From Planctomycetota bacterium (lineage in GTDB: Bacteria; Planctomycetota; PLA2; JAEUHO01): a stretch of 64,000 nucleotides of DNA. The notes beneath the pieces were generated by a model that was not told the DNA's origin, searched no databases, and was given only the letters and a program-made list of their open reading frames with translations. Both the position numbers and the translations under genes were made by a program. The stretch is from positions 73,014-137,013 of the forward strand of contig CBDCWP010000043.1 in assembly GCA_965223505.1 (NCBI GenBank), read 5' to 3'. Below, one piece after another: positions 19,034-28,756 of this stretch (positions are counted from its first letter, which is position 1; each line of letters begins with the position of its first letter).

Positions 19034-19381
19034 ATGACCCAGCGAGCGACCAAGGCCGGCGGACTCCCTGACGTGCTGCTGGGGGAGGTGGCCCGGCGGT
19101 TCCAGGCCCTCTCGTCGGTGAGCCGCTTGAAGATCGTGAACGCCCTGATGGGCGGGCCCCTGGCCATGTCGGCGCTGCAGGCGGCCACCGGGTTGGAGCA
19201 GAGCAACCTCTCGCGGCAGGTCGCCGAGCTCGAGCGGGCGGGCTGCGTGGCGCGGACTCGCGACGGACGCCGGGTGACCGTCGAGATCGCGGACCCGACC
19301 CTCGAAGCGCTCTGCCACCTCGTGTGCGGCTCGCTGAAGGAGCGCGCCGAGGCCTCCCAGGCCCGCTACCGAGCGCTCTGA
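19034..19381 (+). CDS. ArsR/SmtB family regulator (possible sulfane-sulfur sensor)
   Basis: FQALSSVSRLKIV, EQSNLSRQV..L, C-terminal LCHLVC. Divergent from the PDO-rhodanese gene. Confidence 0.85.
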   Translation: MTQRATKAGGLPDVLLGEVARRFQALSSVSRLKIVNALMGGPLAMSALQAATGLEQSNLSRQVAELERAGCVARTRDGRRVTVEIADPTLEALCHLVCGSLKERAEASQARYRAL

Positions 19382-19409
19382 CGATTCCGGCGGACAGTGT
19401 GCTTTCGGC

Positions 19410-19447
19410 TTGACCCGCGGATAATATGTGACTAAAAGGTCACATAT
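19410..19447 (+). promoter_or_regulatory. Promoter plus perfect operator for the arsR-SRPBCC pair
   Basis: TTGACC (19410-15), 17 bp, TAAAAG (19433-38). Inverted repeat ATATGTGAC-N6-GTCACATAT (19424-19447) overlaps the ATG at 19446. Confidence 0.7.
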
Positions 19448-19811
19448 GAACGCAACGCGCCGATCCCCGTCCCGTCCCTCGCGTCCAACGGCACGTGATC
19501 GCGAAGACCTCGTCTGGAAGGCCCTCGCGCATCCGCACCGAAGGCGCATCCTCGATCTGCTGCGCAAGCGCGCGCGCACGACGGGGGAGCTGGCCGCCGC
19601 GTTCGACGAGTCACGTTTCGCGACGATGAAGCACTTGCGTCTGCTGGAAGACGCCAAGCTCGTCGTCGTCCAGCGCCGCGGCCGCGAGCGTTGGAACCTG
19701 CTCAATCCCGCGCCGATTCGATCCATCTACCGGCGCTGGATTCGACCGTTCGAGGAGGAGAGTGCCGATTGGCTGCTCCGCATCAAGGACTTCGCAGAGG
19801 AGAAGAAATGA
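19446..19811 (+). CDS. ArsR family regulator
   Basis: VWKALAHPHRRRILDLL..TTGEL..SRFATMKHLRLLEDAKLV..RGRERWN. Confidence 0.9.
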   Translation: MNATRRSPSRPSRPTARDREDLVWKALAHPHRRRILDLLRKRARTTGELAAAFDESRFATMKHLRLLEDAKLVVVQRRGRERWNLLNPAPIRSIYRRWIRPFEEESADWLLRIKDFAEEKK

Positions 19812-20305
19812 CCAAGCCCGTACAAGTGATCGAACACGTTCAGGAAATCGAGATCGACGCGACGCCCGACAAAGTGTGGCACGCGCTCACACACGAAACG
19901 CATCGTTGGTGGCACCCCGGATTCTTCACGAGCGAGCAAGCCATCGGCTATCACATCGAGCCGAAGCTCGGCGGCCGCGTGTACGAAGACTGGGGCGACG
20001 GCCAGGGACAGATCTGGTACACGGTGACCGGCCTCTCCACCGGCAAGCACATCCAGCTGGCGGGAGACATGGACGCCAACTACGGACCCGCGCGCATTCA
20101 GACGACATTCCGGATTCAACCCCGTGACGGCGGGTGCACCTTGCGCCTCGAGGAGTGCCTGGTCGGGCGCGTCGACGAGTCGACGAGCAAGAGCCTGGGC
20201 GGCGGTTGGCAGACGCTGCTCGGCGGTTGTCTGAAGGTGTTCGCCGAGACCGATGCGCCGCCGGCAGAGTGGCCGGAGGTCGCGGCGTGCGGCGCGGCCT
20301 CCTGA
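19808..20305 (+). CDS. SRPBCC/AHSA1-like protein
   Basis: EIEIDATPDKVWHALT..WW..EPKLGG..GWQTLL..LK. ATGA overlap with arsR. Confidence 0.85.
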   Translation: MTKPVQVIEHVQEIEIDATPDKVWHALTHETHRWWHPGFFTSEQAIGYHIEPKLGGRVYEDWGDGQGQIWYTVTGLSTGKHIQLAGDMDANYGPARIQTTFRIQPRDGGCTLRLEECLVGRVDESTSKSLGGGWQTLLGGCLKVFAETDAPPAEWPEVAACGAAS

Positions 20306-20356
20306 ATCGCGCGTCTTCTTGAAATGCGCGCGCCTCGACCGGCAAGGTAGGGATGG

Positions 20357-22942
20357 ATGACGACGCAGACGGCACAGCTCTGGGGCGCGTGGATCGAACG
20401 CAGCGACGAGGTCGCGTTCGAGAAGCTGGTGCGCCCCGAGCTGCCCGCCGTCTACCACCTCGCGCAGCGCATGGGGCTCGCTCGCGCCGACGCGGAAGAC
20501 GTCGTGCAAGACGCGCTGACGGACCTCGCACAGACGCGAACGCGCAAGCCCGGCGAGGTGGGCGTCGGCGCCTGGCTCATGCGCGCCGTGCGCATGAAGT
20601 CCCTGATGAACCGCCGCAGCCGCGCGCGGCGCGCACGCCACGAGAAGGCGCACCCGCTGCACGGCGTGTCGGCGAACGCGCCGCGGCTCGACCTGCAAGA
20701 AGAGGTCGAGCGCGCGTTGGACCAGCTCGAAGACGACGACCGCCAGGTCCTGGTCTTCCGCTTTCTCTACGACCTCGACTATCGCGAGATCGCCTACGTG
20801 CTCGGCGTCTCCGAGAACGCGTGCCGCATTCGCGTTCATCGAGCGTCTTCGCGTCTGCGCGACCGCATCGGTCACAAGGCGCCGGCCTTGCTCGCGGCCA
20901 TCCCGCTACCGGACCTGCCGACGGCCGCCAACGTCATTGCGTCGGCGACCCAGGCCGGCGCTGCGGCGGCCGGAACGGGCAGCAGCATCATTGGAGGGTT
21001 GATCGTGAACACCGGAATGAAGATGGCCGCGTCCGCCGTCGCGGCCGCCGCGCTCACCGCCGGGGGCTTCTTCGCGTTCCAGGACGACGAACCGATCGAG
21101 CCGGTCCCGGGCACGTACGAGGTCTCCGGCAGCGAGGACGGTCAGGGCGTGAACGTCCGTCCCCGCCTCGAGCCGAACACCATGGTCGAGGGCGCCTACG
21201 AGACGACCTCGGCGCCGACCAGCGGTGACGGCGTCATCACCGGCAGCGTGACGACGAGCGACGGTCAGCCCGTCGAGGGTGTCGTCGTCGTCGCGGAGCC
21301 CGTCCCGACCGGCAGCCGCTGGTCGCCGTTCGAAGCACCGGAGGTGCCCGACATCGACGAGGCCGCCGCGCAAGCTGCCGAGGAGACGCGCCGCCGTCTG
21401 CTCGCGACCCGCAGAGCGACGAGTGATGCGAACGGACGCTTCGAGCTCTCCGCGCTCGCCGACCTCGGCTTCTCGATTCGCGCCTTCGCGCAGGGCTACC
21501 GCGTGAGCGCGCCGCGCGGACAGAAGACGTGGGGCGTGCGCCCCGGCGGAACACTGGACTTCGTCGCGAAGGCCGTTTGCGAGGTCGACGTCCGCATTCT
21601 CACCGCGGACGGCTCGCCGCCGAGCGAGGCCGGCGTGATCCGCGCGCGAACCGAAGAGCGACTTCAACGCTCCGGCATGAGCGTCTGGACCGCCGACGCG
21701 TCGAAGCTGTATCTCGAGCCCGGGACGTGGTGGATCCAGGGCGTCAGCGACCGCGACAAGCGCAACGCGTCGAAACCGCAGAAGATCACGCTCGAAGCGG
21801 GACAGGGCACGGTGGAGCTCGTCCTCCGGCTCGAGGACCGCCCGGGGATCCGCGCGCGGGTTCTCGGCGCCGCGGACCTCGACCCGACCGGCATGCAGGT
21901 GTGGATCCTCCGGTTCGAGGGCCGCGAGCCGCCCTTCTCGCAGGTCGGGAGCCATCCCGATCTCCTGCGCGAGAGTCGGCCCGGCAAGGACGGAACGTAC
22001 CTCTTCAGCGACCTCGAGCGCGGGAGCTATGTCGTGACGGTGGTCCTCGGTCGGGGGGAGCCGTTCGGGTCGACGGTCGTCGCGGTGAACGACCGCACAG
22101 TCGATGCCGACGTCGTGCTCGATCCGATCGACCGCAAGAAGTACGTGCTGCTGCGCGTCCTCGACGAGAACGGGCTCGCGCCGGCACCGCGTGACATCCG
22201 CCTCTCGACCTCGTACGCAGGCGAGAGAACCACGGTCGGCGGAGGCGGCTCGTTCATTCGGCGCACGGACGGGAGTTGGTGGGTCGCGCACAGTCCGATG
22301 ACCCCGGAGCCTTCGGAGGGCAAGGACGGTACGTACCGCATCACCGTCTCGACGGAGGCGCACGGCGAGATCGAGCGGATCTACGACCCGCTGGCGGAGC
22401 GCGAGATCGAGATCCGCCTCGCGGCGCCGCCGAGCCTCACGGTGAACCTCACGGGGCTCGGAGAGCTGGAGGGGCGCGTGAACGTGACGCTGCGCGGCAG
22501 CGTTCCCGACAATCACATGTCGGGCGGCGGTGCGCGCGGAAAGATGCTCGGCGCCACGTACACGTTCGAGAAGGTCCAGCCCGGCGATCACATCCTGACG
22601 CTGCAGCTGATCGAAGGCGATCCGCCGAAGACGACGTTCATCAACGTCGCGATGCGCAAGGTCACGCTGACCCACGGGGACAACGTCGTCGATTGGACCC
22701 TGCCGACGCTGCACACGCTGCGCGTCGAACACGGCGATCCGGAGGCGTCGATCCGGTTCGGCCTGAAGTGCACGAGCGATGCGTGGGGCTGGTACCACCA
22801 GTTCGCGAACGGCGAGAAGGGCGAAGCGGCCGAGTACAGGTACGTGCCGCCCGGCGACTACGTGCTCGAGGGGTCCTACAAAGGGGAAACGCGCAGGATC
22901 AAGGTCAACATCCCTGCGCAGGCGGTCGTTCGACTCGACTGA
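20357..22942 (+). CDS. ECF sigma-70 factor with TM segment and carboxypeptidase-regulatory-like beta domains
   Basis: DEVAFEKLV, DAEDVVQD, AWL, DYREIAYVLGVSENACRIRVHRA; then ITGSVT..GQPVEG and SDANGRFEL. Confidence 0.8.
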   Translation: MTTQTAQLWGAWIERSDEVAFEKLVRPELPAVYHLAQRMGLARADAEDVVQDALTDLAQTRTRKPGEVGVGAWLMRAVRMKSLMNRRSRARRARHEKAHPLHGVSANAPRLDLQEEVERALDQLEDDDRQVLVFRFLYDLDYREIAYVLGVSENACRIRVHRASSRLRDRIGHKAPALLAAIPLPDLPTAANVIASATQAGAAAAGTGSSIIGGLIVNTGMKMAASAVAAAALTAGGFFAFQDDEPIEPVPGTYEVSGSEDGQGVNVRPRLEPNTMVEGAYETTSAPTSGDGVITGSVTTSDGQPVEGVVVVAEPVPTGSRWSPFEAPEVPDIDEAAAQAAEETRRRLLATRRATSDANGRFELSALADLGFSIRAFAQGYRVSAPRGQKTWGVRPGGTLDFVAKAVCEVDVRILTADGSPPSEAGVIRARTEERLQRSGMSVWTADASKLYLEPGTWWIQGVSDRDKRNASKPQKITLEAGQGTVELVLRLEDRPGIRARVLGAADLDPTGMQVWILRFEGREPPFSQVGSHPDLLRESRPGKDGTYLFSDLERGSYVVTVVLGRGEPFGSTVVAVNDRTVDADVVLDPIDRKKYVLLRVLDENGLAPAPRDIRLSTSYAGERTTVGGGGSFIRRTDGSWWVAHSPMTPEPSEGKDGTYRITVSTEAHGEIERIYDPLAEREIEIRLAAPPSLTVNLTGLGELEGRVNVTLRGSVPDNHMSGGGARGKMLGATYTFEKVQPGDHILTLQLIEGDPPKTTFINVAMRKVTLTHGDNVVDWTLPTLHTLRVEHGDPEASIRFGLKCTSDAWGWYHQFANGEKGEAAEYRYVPPGDYVLEGSYKGETRRIKVNIPAQAVVRLD

Positions 22943-23030
22943 CCCCATCCCCGACGGCGCTCATCTGGACAGCCGGGATCGCACCCGGATCCTGGGTGTG
23001 CCGTCCCGCGGGCCGACCTAGGATCCAAGC

Positions 23031-24410
23031 ATGCGTCGGCTCCTGCTGTACCGCGTCGTCCTCCTCGCAACGGCCCTGACGGTGGCGTTGTGCTGGCGCA
23101 TGGACGCGCGCGCCGACGAGCAGCCATCGGAGACAGCCGCCGAACGCGGCTACCGCCATCTGATCGACACGCCCTTCGTGCCCATGGGGTTCGATCAGGA
23201 GGTCTTCGACAACGTGTGGCGGGTGTGGCCGGAAGCGCTGCGTGCAGAGGCCGAGAAGGCGACGCCGGAGGAGCGCCGCCGCATGGCGTTCGAGCGCTAC
23301 GGCCTCACGGCCCGTCCCGGCGACGACTCCGGACGTCCGCTGCAGTTCGTCGTCGGCGAAGACGGCGGCTGGCACACCAACTGTCTCTCCTGCCACGGCG
23401 GCCAGGTGAACGGCGTCGTCATGCCGGGGTTGCCCAACGCGCACCTCGCGTTGCAGACGATCGTCGACGACGTGCGCGCCGCGAAGCAGGCGATCGGCCG
23501 CAAGCTGAAGCCCGCCGACTTCGCCTCCGCGATGATCCCGTTCGGGAAGACCGTGGGGACGACCAACGCGGTCGTATTCAGCTTCGCGCTGCTGCAGTTC
23601 CGCGACCTCGATCTGAACGTGATTCAGCCGAAGGAGAAGCTCTACCTTCCGCATCACGACCTCGACGCGCCGCCGTGGTGGCATTATCGCAAGCGCTCGC
23701 ATCTCTACATCGACGGGTCCGGCAAGCGCGGTCATCGCAGCCTCATGCAGTTCTTGCTCGTCCCCATGAACGGGCGGGAGCAGGTGCTCGCGTTCGAGCC
23801 CGCTTTCAAGGACATCGAGAAGTACATCGAGTCCCTGCGGCCGCCGTCGTATCCGTTCGAGATCGACAGCGCGCTGGCCGCACGCGGCGCGGCCGTGTTT
23901 CGCAAGCACTGCGCGGGTTGTCACGGGACGTACGGCAAGGACGGTGCCTACCCGAACCGCCTCGTGCCGATCGACAAGGTCGGCACGGACCGCGTCCGTC
24001 TCGACGCGATCACCAAGGAGCAGCGCACGCTGTACGCGAAGAGCTGGCTGACCGGCTACGACCCCGACGGCGTTCGCGTCGATCCGGGCGGCTACGTCGC
24101 GCCGTCGCTCGACGGCATCTGGGCCTCCGCCCCCTACTTCCACAACGGCGCCGTGCCGACGCTGTGGCACGTGCTGCATTCGAAGGCGCGCCCAGCGGTC
24201 TGGCGACGCCACCCGTCGGACTACGACCCGGAGCGCGTCGGCTTGCGCTTCGACCAAGCCGAGCGCGTGCCCGCCACCGACGACGAGCACGAACGCCGGC
24301 GCTGGTTCGACACGACGCTGAAGGGCAAGTCGGCCGCCGGACACACGTTCCCGGACCGTCTCACCGACGAGCAGCGCAGCGCCGTCCTCGAGTACCTCAA
24401 GACGCTGTAG
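23031..24410 (+). CDS. Di-heme c-type cytochrome (RoxA-like family)
   Basis: Signal peptide; CLSCH and CAGCH; GYVAPSLDGIWASAPYFHNGAVPTL; GHTF..VLEYLKTL. Confidence 0.8.
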   Translation: MRRLLLYRVVLLATALTVALCWRMDARADEQPSETAAERGYRHLIDTPFVPMGFDQEVFDNVWRVWPEALRAEAEKATPEERRRMAFERYGLTARPGDDSGRPLQFVVGEDGGWHTNCLSCHGGQVNGVVMPGLPNAHLALQTIVDDVRAAKQAIGRKLKPADFASAMIPFGKTVGTTNAVVFSFALLQFRDLDLNVIQPKEKLYLPHHDLDAPPWWHYRKRSHLYIDGSGKRGHRSLMQFLLVPMNGREQVLAFEPAFKDIEKYIESLRPPSYPFEIDSALAARGAAVFRKHCAGCHGTYGKDGAYPNRLVPIDKVGTDRVRLDAITKEQRTLYAKSWLTGYDPDGVRVDPGGYVAPSLDGIWASAPYFHNGAVPTLWHVLHSKARPAVWRRHPSDYDPERVGLRFDQAERVPATDDEHERRRWFDTTLKGKSAAGHTFPDRLTDEQRSAVLEYLKTL

Positions 24411-24521
24411 TCAGTTCGCCAACATGTCGCGTTCGATCTTGACGTTGAACGTGCCCTTGATCGTCGTGCCCTTCTCGCTCTTGAAGTCGATCGATCCGCA
24501 GACCCGCGTCGGCGTCGACAC
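24411..24521 (-). CDS. 36-aa ORF or C-terminal gene fragment
   Basis: VSTPTRVCGSIDFKSEKGTTIKGTFNVKIERDMLAN*, with host-like GC3 codons and GAGGAG upstream. Confidence 0.35.
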   Translation of the reverse strand: MSTPTRVCGSIDFKSEKGTTIKGTFNVKIERDMLAN

Positions 24522-24588
24522 CCGTCGATGGTCTCCTCTTCGCTCCGCCAGGCGACCCCATCCGATGCGCACCCGCGCCGACGAGCCT

Positions 24589-25539
24589 CTACGGCAGAAG
24601 CGCGCCGCGCGGATACAGCCAGCCCGGCGCGGTGTTCTCGAGCGTCGCGAAGAACAGCGCGGACGTGGCCACGACGAACAGAAACGTCCCGGCCACGCAG
24701 AGCACGGCGAGCGGTCCGCGCGGGCGGAGGCGGAACGTCAGCGCGACGGCGATGCCGTGAATCAGAAAGAACGCGATCTGGTAGCCCTGCACGCGCTGCA
24801 CGAGGATGAAGGCCATGTACTCGTGTAGCACGCCGTTCACCGTGAAGGTCAGCAGCGTCGCGCGCAGCGGCGCCCGGCGGCCTCCGGCCTGGCGGAAGAC
24901 GTTCTCGTACAGGAAGCGTCCGCCCGGTCGATTGTAGCGACGCCAGAAGTCCGCCGGTGAGACGGAGAGGATGGGGTGACGGCTGAACGTCATCACGTGC
25001 ACGCCGAGCAGCCGGTGCAGCGCGCACAAGAAAGCCATGCCGCCGTCGAACGCGATGCCGTAGGCGGCCAGGACTCTCACGGTGTGATCGAGCCAGGGCG
25101 AGACATCGACCAGGTTCCAGTCGCTCGCGTGATGGAGGATCCAGACGCCGGCCGCGATCTCGACGGCGCCGCGAAGGAGCATGCGAACGTTCGTGGCGAG
25201 CGGTCGGGGCTCCTCGTTGACATGCCGGCGCAAGACGAGAATGAACGGCATCGGAAGAAACCGCAGCCAGGCGTGAAACGGCTGCGTGGACCACCAGTGG
25301 GCGCCGACATGGAAGTCGCGCACCTTCAGGACCAGGATCAAGCTCACGCACGCGACGAAGAGGAACGGGCCGAAGGGGTCGCGCGGCTGCAGCCAGGGGA
25401 GGAGAAACAGGCCGGCCGCGAACGCGGTGAGCAAGAGTCCGCGCCCGCCCGCGTCCCATCGGCGCGCCGGCCACAGCGCTGCCGCCCCGGCGAGGGCAGC
25501 CAGCCAGAGGAGCGCGGCGTGGAGGATGGCGTCGAGCAC
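24589..25539 (-). CDS. MBOAT family (wax-synthase-like) membrane acyltransferase
   Basis: Multi-TM; HPILSVSPADFWRRYN; TFTVNGVLHEY with the catalytic His. Confidence 0.8.
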   Translation of the reverse strand: MLDAILHAALLWLAALAGAAALWPARRWDAGGRGLLLTAFAAGLFLLPWLQPRDPFGPFLFVACVSLILVLKVRDFHVGAHWWSTQPFHAWLRFLPMPFILVLRRHVNEEPRPLATNVRMLLRGAVEIAAGVWILHHASDWNLVDVSPWLDHTVRVLAAYGIAFDGGMAFLCALHRLLGVHVMTFSRHPILSVSPADFWRRYNRPGGRFLYENVFRQAGGRRAPLRATLLTFTVNGVLHEYMAFILVQRVQGYQIAFFLIHGIAVALTFRLRPRGPLAVLCVAGTFLFVVATSALFFATLENTAPGWLYPRGALLP

Positions 25540-25565
25540 GGGGCTCCTTTGTAGGATTCCGGCGT

Positions 25566-26201
25566 ATGCGCGCCAACCGGAACCTGATCCTCGTGACGGT
25601 GACGTTCGTCGTCGCCATCGTCGTCTCGGGGATCAAGCCCGTGGAGCGCGGTACGTGGTGGCTCGAGGTCGCCCCGATTGCGATCGTGCTCCCCGTACTC
25701 TGGTTTACTGCAAGGCGATTTCCACTGACGTCGCTCCTCTACGCCTTGATCGCCGTGCACGGCGTAGTGCTCGCCTACGGCGGTCACTACACCTACGAGC
25801 GCACCCCGCTCGGCGATTGGGCGCAGGAGGCGTTCGGCTTCGCCCGCAACCACTACGACCGCTTCGGGCACTTCATGCAGGGCTTCGTACCGGCGATCGC
25901 AGCGCGCGAGGTGTTGCTGCGCACGTCGCCGCTTCGGCCCGGGGGCTGGCTCTTCTTCTTGGTGCTCTGCGTGTGCGTCGCGATCAGCGCGTTCTACGAG
26001 CTTGTGGAGTTCGCGGCCTACCTGATCTCCGGTGAGAGCGCGGAGTCGTTCCTCGGTACGCAAGGCGACGTGTGGGACGCGCACTGGGACATCACGTTCG
26101 CGCTGGTCGGATGCGTCGTGGCGTTGTCGGCGCTCGGCCGGTTCCACGACCGGCATCTCGCGAACCACCTCGAGCAACTCGAAGCCGGCGCATCGCAATG
26201 A
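25566..26201 (+). CDS. DUF2238 (YjdF-like) membrane protein
   Basis: TWWLEVAP, GGHYTY..TPLG, RNHYDRFGHF, AFYELVE, FLGTQGDVWDAHWD. Confidence 0.9.
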   Translation: MRANRNLILVTVTFVVAIVVSGIKPVERGTWWLEVAPIAIVLPVLWFTARRFPLTSLLYALIAVHGVVLAYGGHYTYERTPLGDWAQEAFGFARNHYDRFGHFMQGFVPAIAAREVLLRTSPLRPGGWLFFLVLCVCVAISAFYELVEFAAYLISGESAESFLGTQGDVWDAHWDITFALVGCVVALSALGRFHDRHLANHLEQLEAGASQ

Positions 26202-27400
26202 ACACCGCAGCGCAGCGTACGAACGCCGCGACGGTGTTCCTGGTCTTCCTACGCCTCGGCCTGACGTCGTTCGGTGGCCCCATCGCGCACCTGGGGTACT
26301 TCCGCGAGGAATTCGTCACGCGGCGCCGCTGGCTCACCGAGCGGAGCTACGCCGAGCTCGTGGCCCTGTGCCAGTTCCTGCCCGGGCCCGCGAGCAGCCA
26401 GGTGGGTCTGTCCATCGGTCTCACGCGCGCGGGTTTTCGCGGTGCGCTGGCCGCGTGGACGGGCTTCACGCTGCCGTCCGCCGTCGCCCTGCTCCTGTTC
26501 GCGATCGGCGTCTCGGCTTGGGGGGACGGCATGCCCGCCGGCGTGCTGCACGGGCTGAAGGTCGTTGCCGTCGCCGTCGTTGCGAAGGCGGTCTGGGGCA
26601 TGGCCAGGAGTCTGTGCACCGACGCGCCGCGCGTCTTGATCGCGGCCGTGTCGGCGGGCGCCGTGCTCTTGCTGCAGGCGGCGTGGGGCCAAATCGCGGT
26701 GATCGCGGCGGCGGCCGTCGTCGGACGCCTGCTGTTCAAGCCCGCAGAAGACGGTGAGCACGACCCACTGCCGATCTCGGTCCGGCGTCGGACGGGTGCG
26801 GTGCTCTTGACCGTCTTCTTCGCGCTGCTGGTCGGTCTCCCGATCCTCGCGCAGGCCTGGCCGAACCAGACGGTCACGGTATTCGACGCGTTCTACCGCG
26901 CGGGTTCGCTCGTCTTCGGAGGCGGGCACGTCGTCCTGCCGTTGCTGCAGTCCGAGGTCGTTCCGCCAGGCTGGGTGACGAACGACACGTTCCTCGCGGG
27001 CTACGGCGCCGCGCAAGCCGTCCCGGGTCCGCTGTTCACGTTCTCCGCCTTCCTCGGCGGCTCGATGAGCAGTCCGCCCACGGGATGGCTCGGCGGTCTC
27101 GTCTGTCTCCTGGCGATCTTCCTGCCTTCTTTCCTGTTGGTTGGCGGTACGCTTCCGTTCTGGGAGCAGCTGCGGCGCAACGCCCGCACACGTGCCGCGC
27201 TCGCAGGCGTCAACGCCGCCGTCGTGGGCTTGCTGCTCGCCGCGCTCTATCGCCCCGTGTTGACCAGCGCGATCTTCGACCTCGCGGATCTCGGCCTGGC
27301 GGTGCTCGCGTTCGTCGCGCTTACCTACGCGAAGCTGCCGGCGTGGCTGGTGGTCATCGCGACCGGCGCGGCGGGGTGGTTGCTGAGCGTCGTTCTTTGA
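26198..27400 (+). CDS. chrA: Chromate efflux transporter (CHR family)
   Basis: FLRLGLTSFGGPIAHLGYF, CQFLPGPASSQ, GSLVFGGGHVVLPLL, AQAVPGPLFTF. Confidence 0.92.
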   Translation: MNTAAQRTNAATVFLVFLRLGLTSFGGPIAHLGYFREEFVTRRRWLTERSYAELVALCQFLPGPASSQVGLSIGLTRAGFRGALAAWTGFTLPSAVALLLFAIGVSAWGDGMPAGVLHGLKVVAVAVVAKAVWGMARSLCTDAPRVLIAAVSAGAVLLLQAAWGQIAVIAAAAVVGRLLFKPAEDGEHDPLPISVRRRTGAVLLTVFFALLVGLPILAQAWPNQTVTVFDAFYRAGSLVFGGGHVVLPLLQSEVVPPGWVTNDTFLAGYGAAQAVPGPLFTFSAFLGGSMSSPPTGWLGGLVCLLAIFLPSFLLVGGTLPFWEQLRRNARTRAALAGVNAAVVGLLLAALYRPVLTSAIFDLADLGLAVLAFVALTYAKLPAWLVVIATGAAGWLLSVVL

Positions 27401-27478
27401 CCCGTCGACGCACGGCTGAAACTCCGGCGGTCGCAAGGCGTCGTGCTTTCCGGCACACACACGCAACGGAGGGCCTCG

Positions 27479-28081
27479 ATGGGCTACTCGACCGACATCG
27501 CGTTCACGCCGGCGGTCAAGGCGACGCAAGCAAGGAACGGCTCACGGGAGCTCTACGCCAACTACGAGAAGAACCGGGAATGGCGCGGCATGGTCACGCC
27601 GGATCTCGCGGCGTTCGTCACCCAGGCGGACATGTTCTATATGGGGACCGCCAGCAGCGAGGGGCAGCCCTACATCCAGTACAAGGGTGGCCCACGAGGC
27701 TTCTTGCGCGTCATCGACGAGAAGACGCTCGGTTTCGCCGACTTCAGCGGCAACCGGCAGTACATCTCGCAGGGCAATCTGTCCGAGAACGGCAAGGCGT
27801 TCATCTTCCTCATGGACTATGTGGGTTGCAAACGGGTCAAGATCTGGGGCACGGCTCGCATCGTCGAGGACGATCCGGCGCTCATGGCGAAGCTCGAAGA
27901 TCCGGCCTACGAAGCTCGCGTCGAACGCGGTGTTCTGTTCACGATCGAGGCGTGGGACACGAACTGTCCGAAGCACATCCACCGGCGTCTACCCGCCGAC
28001 GAGGTGGAGCCGGTCATCGAGGGACTTCGCCGGCGCGTCGCTGAGCTCGAGTCGAAGCTGGCGTCGGCGCGCTCCGCGTAA
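27479..28081 (+). CDS. Pyridoxamine 5'-phosphate oxidase-like FMN-binding protein
   Basis: IAFTPAVKATQ, GQPYIQYKGGPRGFL, ADFSGNRQYIS.GNL, WDTNCPKHI. GGAGG RBS. Confidence 0.9.
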   Translation: MGYSTDIAFTPAVKATQARNGSRELYANYEKNREWRGMVTPDLAAFVTQADMFYMGTASSEGQPYIQYKGGPRGFLRVIDEKTLGFADFSGNRQYISQGNLSENGKAFIFLMDYVGCKRVKIWGTARIVEDDPALMAKLEDPAYEARVERGVLFTIEAWDTNCPKHIHRRLPADEVEPVIEGLRRRVAELESKLASARSA

Positions 28082-28163
28082 GAATTGCGTAGTCGGCGCT
28101 CGAGCGCACCATTGGTTACCGCACCGTAGATCGCGGATGCTCGAACACGAACGGAGAACGGCC

Positions 28164-28598
28164 GTGGACGGACAGGTGATCGTCGAGACGACGGAGACCG
28201 ACGGCTTCACCAACGAGGTGAAGGCCGGAGCTCACGCGCTCGCGGCGGACGAGCCGACGTCGGTCGGCGGCGCCGATGAGGGACCGAACCCGTACGAGTA
28301 TCTACTGGCTGCACTGGGCGCGTGCACGTCGATGACGCTGCGCATGTACGCGAAGCGCAAGGGGTGGTCGCTCGACCACGTCGAGGTGAAGCTTCGTCAC
28401 GGGCGTATTCATGCGAAGGACTGCGAGGACTGCGCGAGCGACAAGGGGCTCGTCGACGAGATCTTCACCGAGGTGCGGGTCGAGGGAGATCTCGACGAGG
28501 AGCAGCAAGCGCGGCTCATGGAGATCGCCGAGCGCTGCCCCGTTCACAAGACGCTGACCACCGAGACCAAGATCCGCATGTCCCGCGGCGGAAGCTAG
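28164..28598 (+). CDS. OsmC family protein
   Basis: ADEPTSVGGADEGPNPYEYLLAALGACTSMT..HAKDCEDC..RCPVHKTL. GTG start after GGAG (alternative ATG 28137). Confidence 0.9.
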   Translation: MDGQVIVETTETDGFTNEVKAGAHALAADEPTSVGGADEGPNPYEYLLAALGACTSMTLRMYAKRKGWSLDHVEVKLRHGRIHAKDCEDCASDKGLVDEIFTEVRVEGDLDEEQQARLMEIAERCPVHKTLTTETKIRMSRGGS

Positions 28599-28756
28599 CG
28601 CCGGCGAGCCCTTGGTGGCATGCCGGCCGTAGACCCCCATTTGTAGCGGCTTCGGCGCTCCGCAGCTTTTCTCGAAATCACCTGTCCCCGGGCGCGGTGG
28701 CCCGGGAGTTCTTCCCCCATGGACCGGCGGGTGCCGGGACCGCAAGGAGAAGCAAA

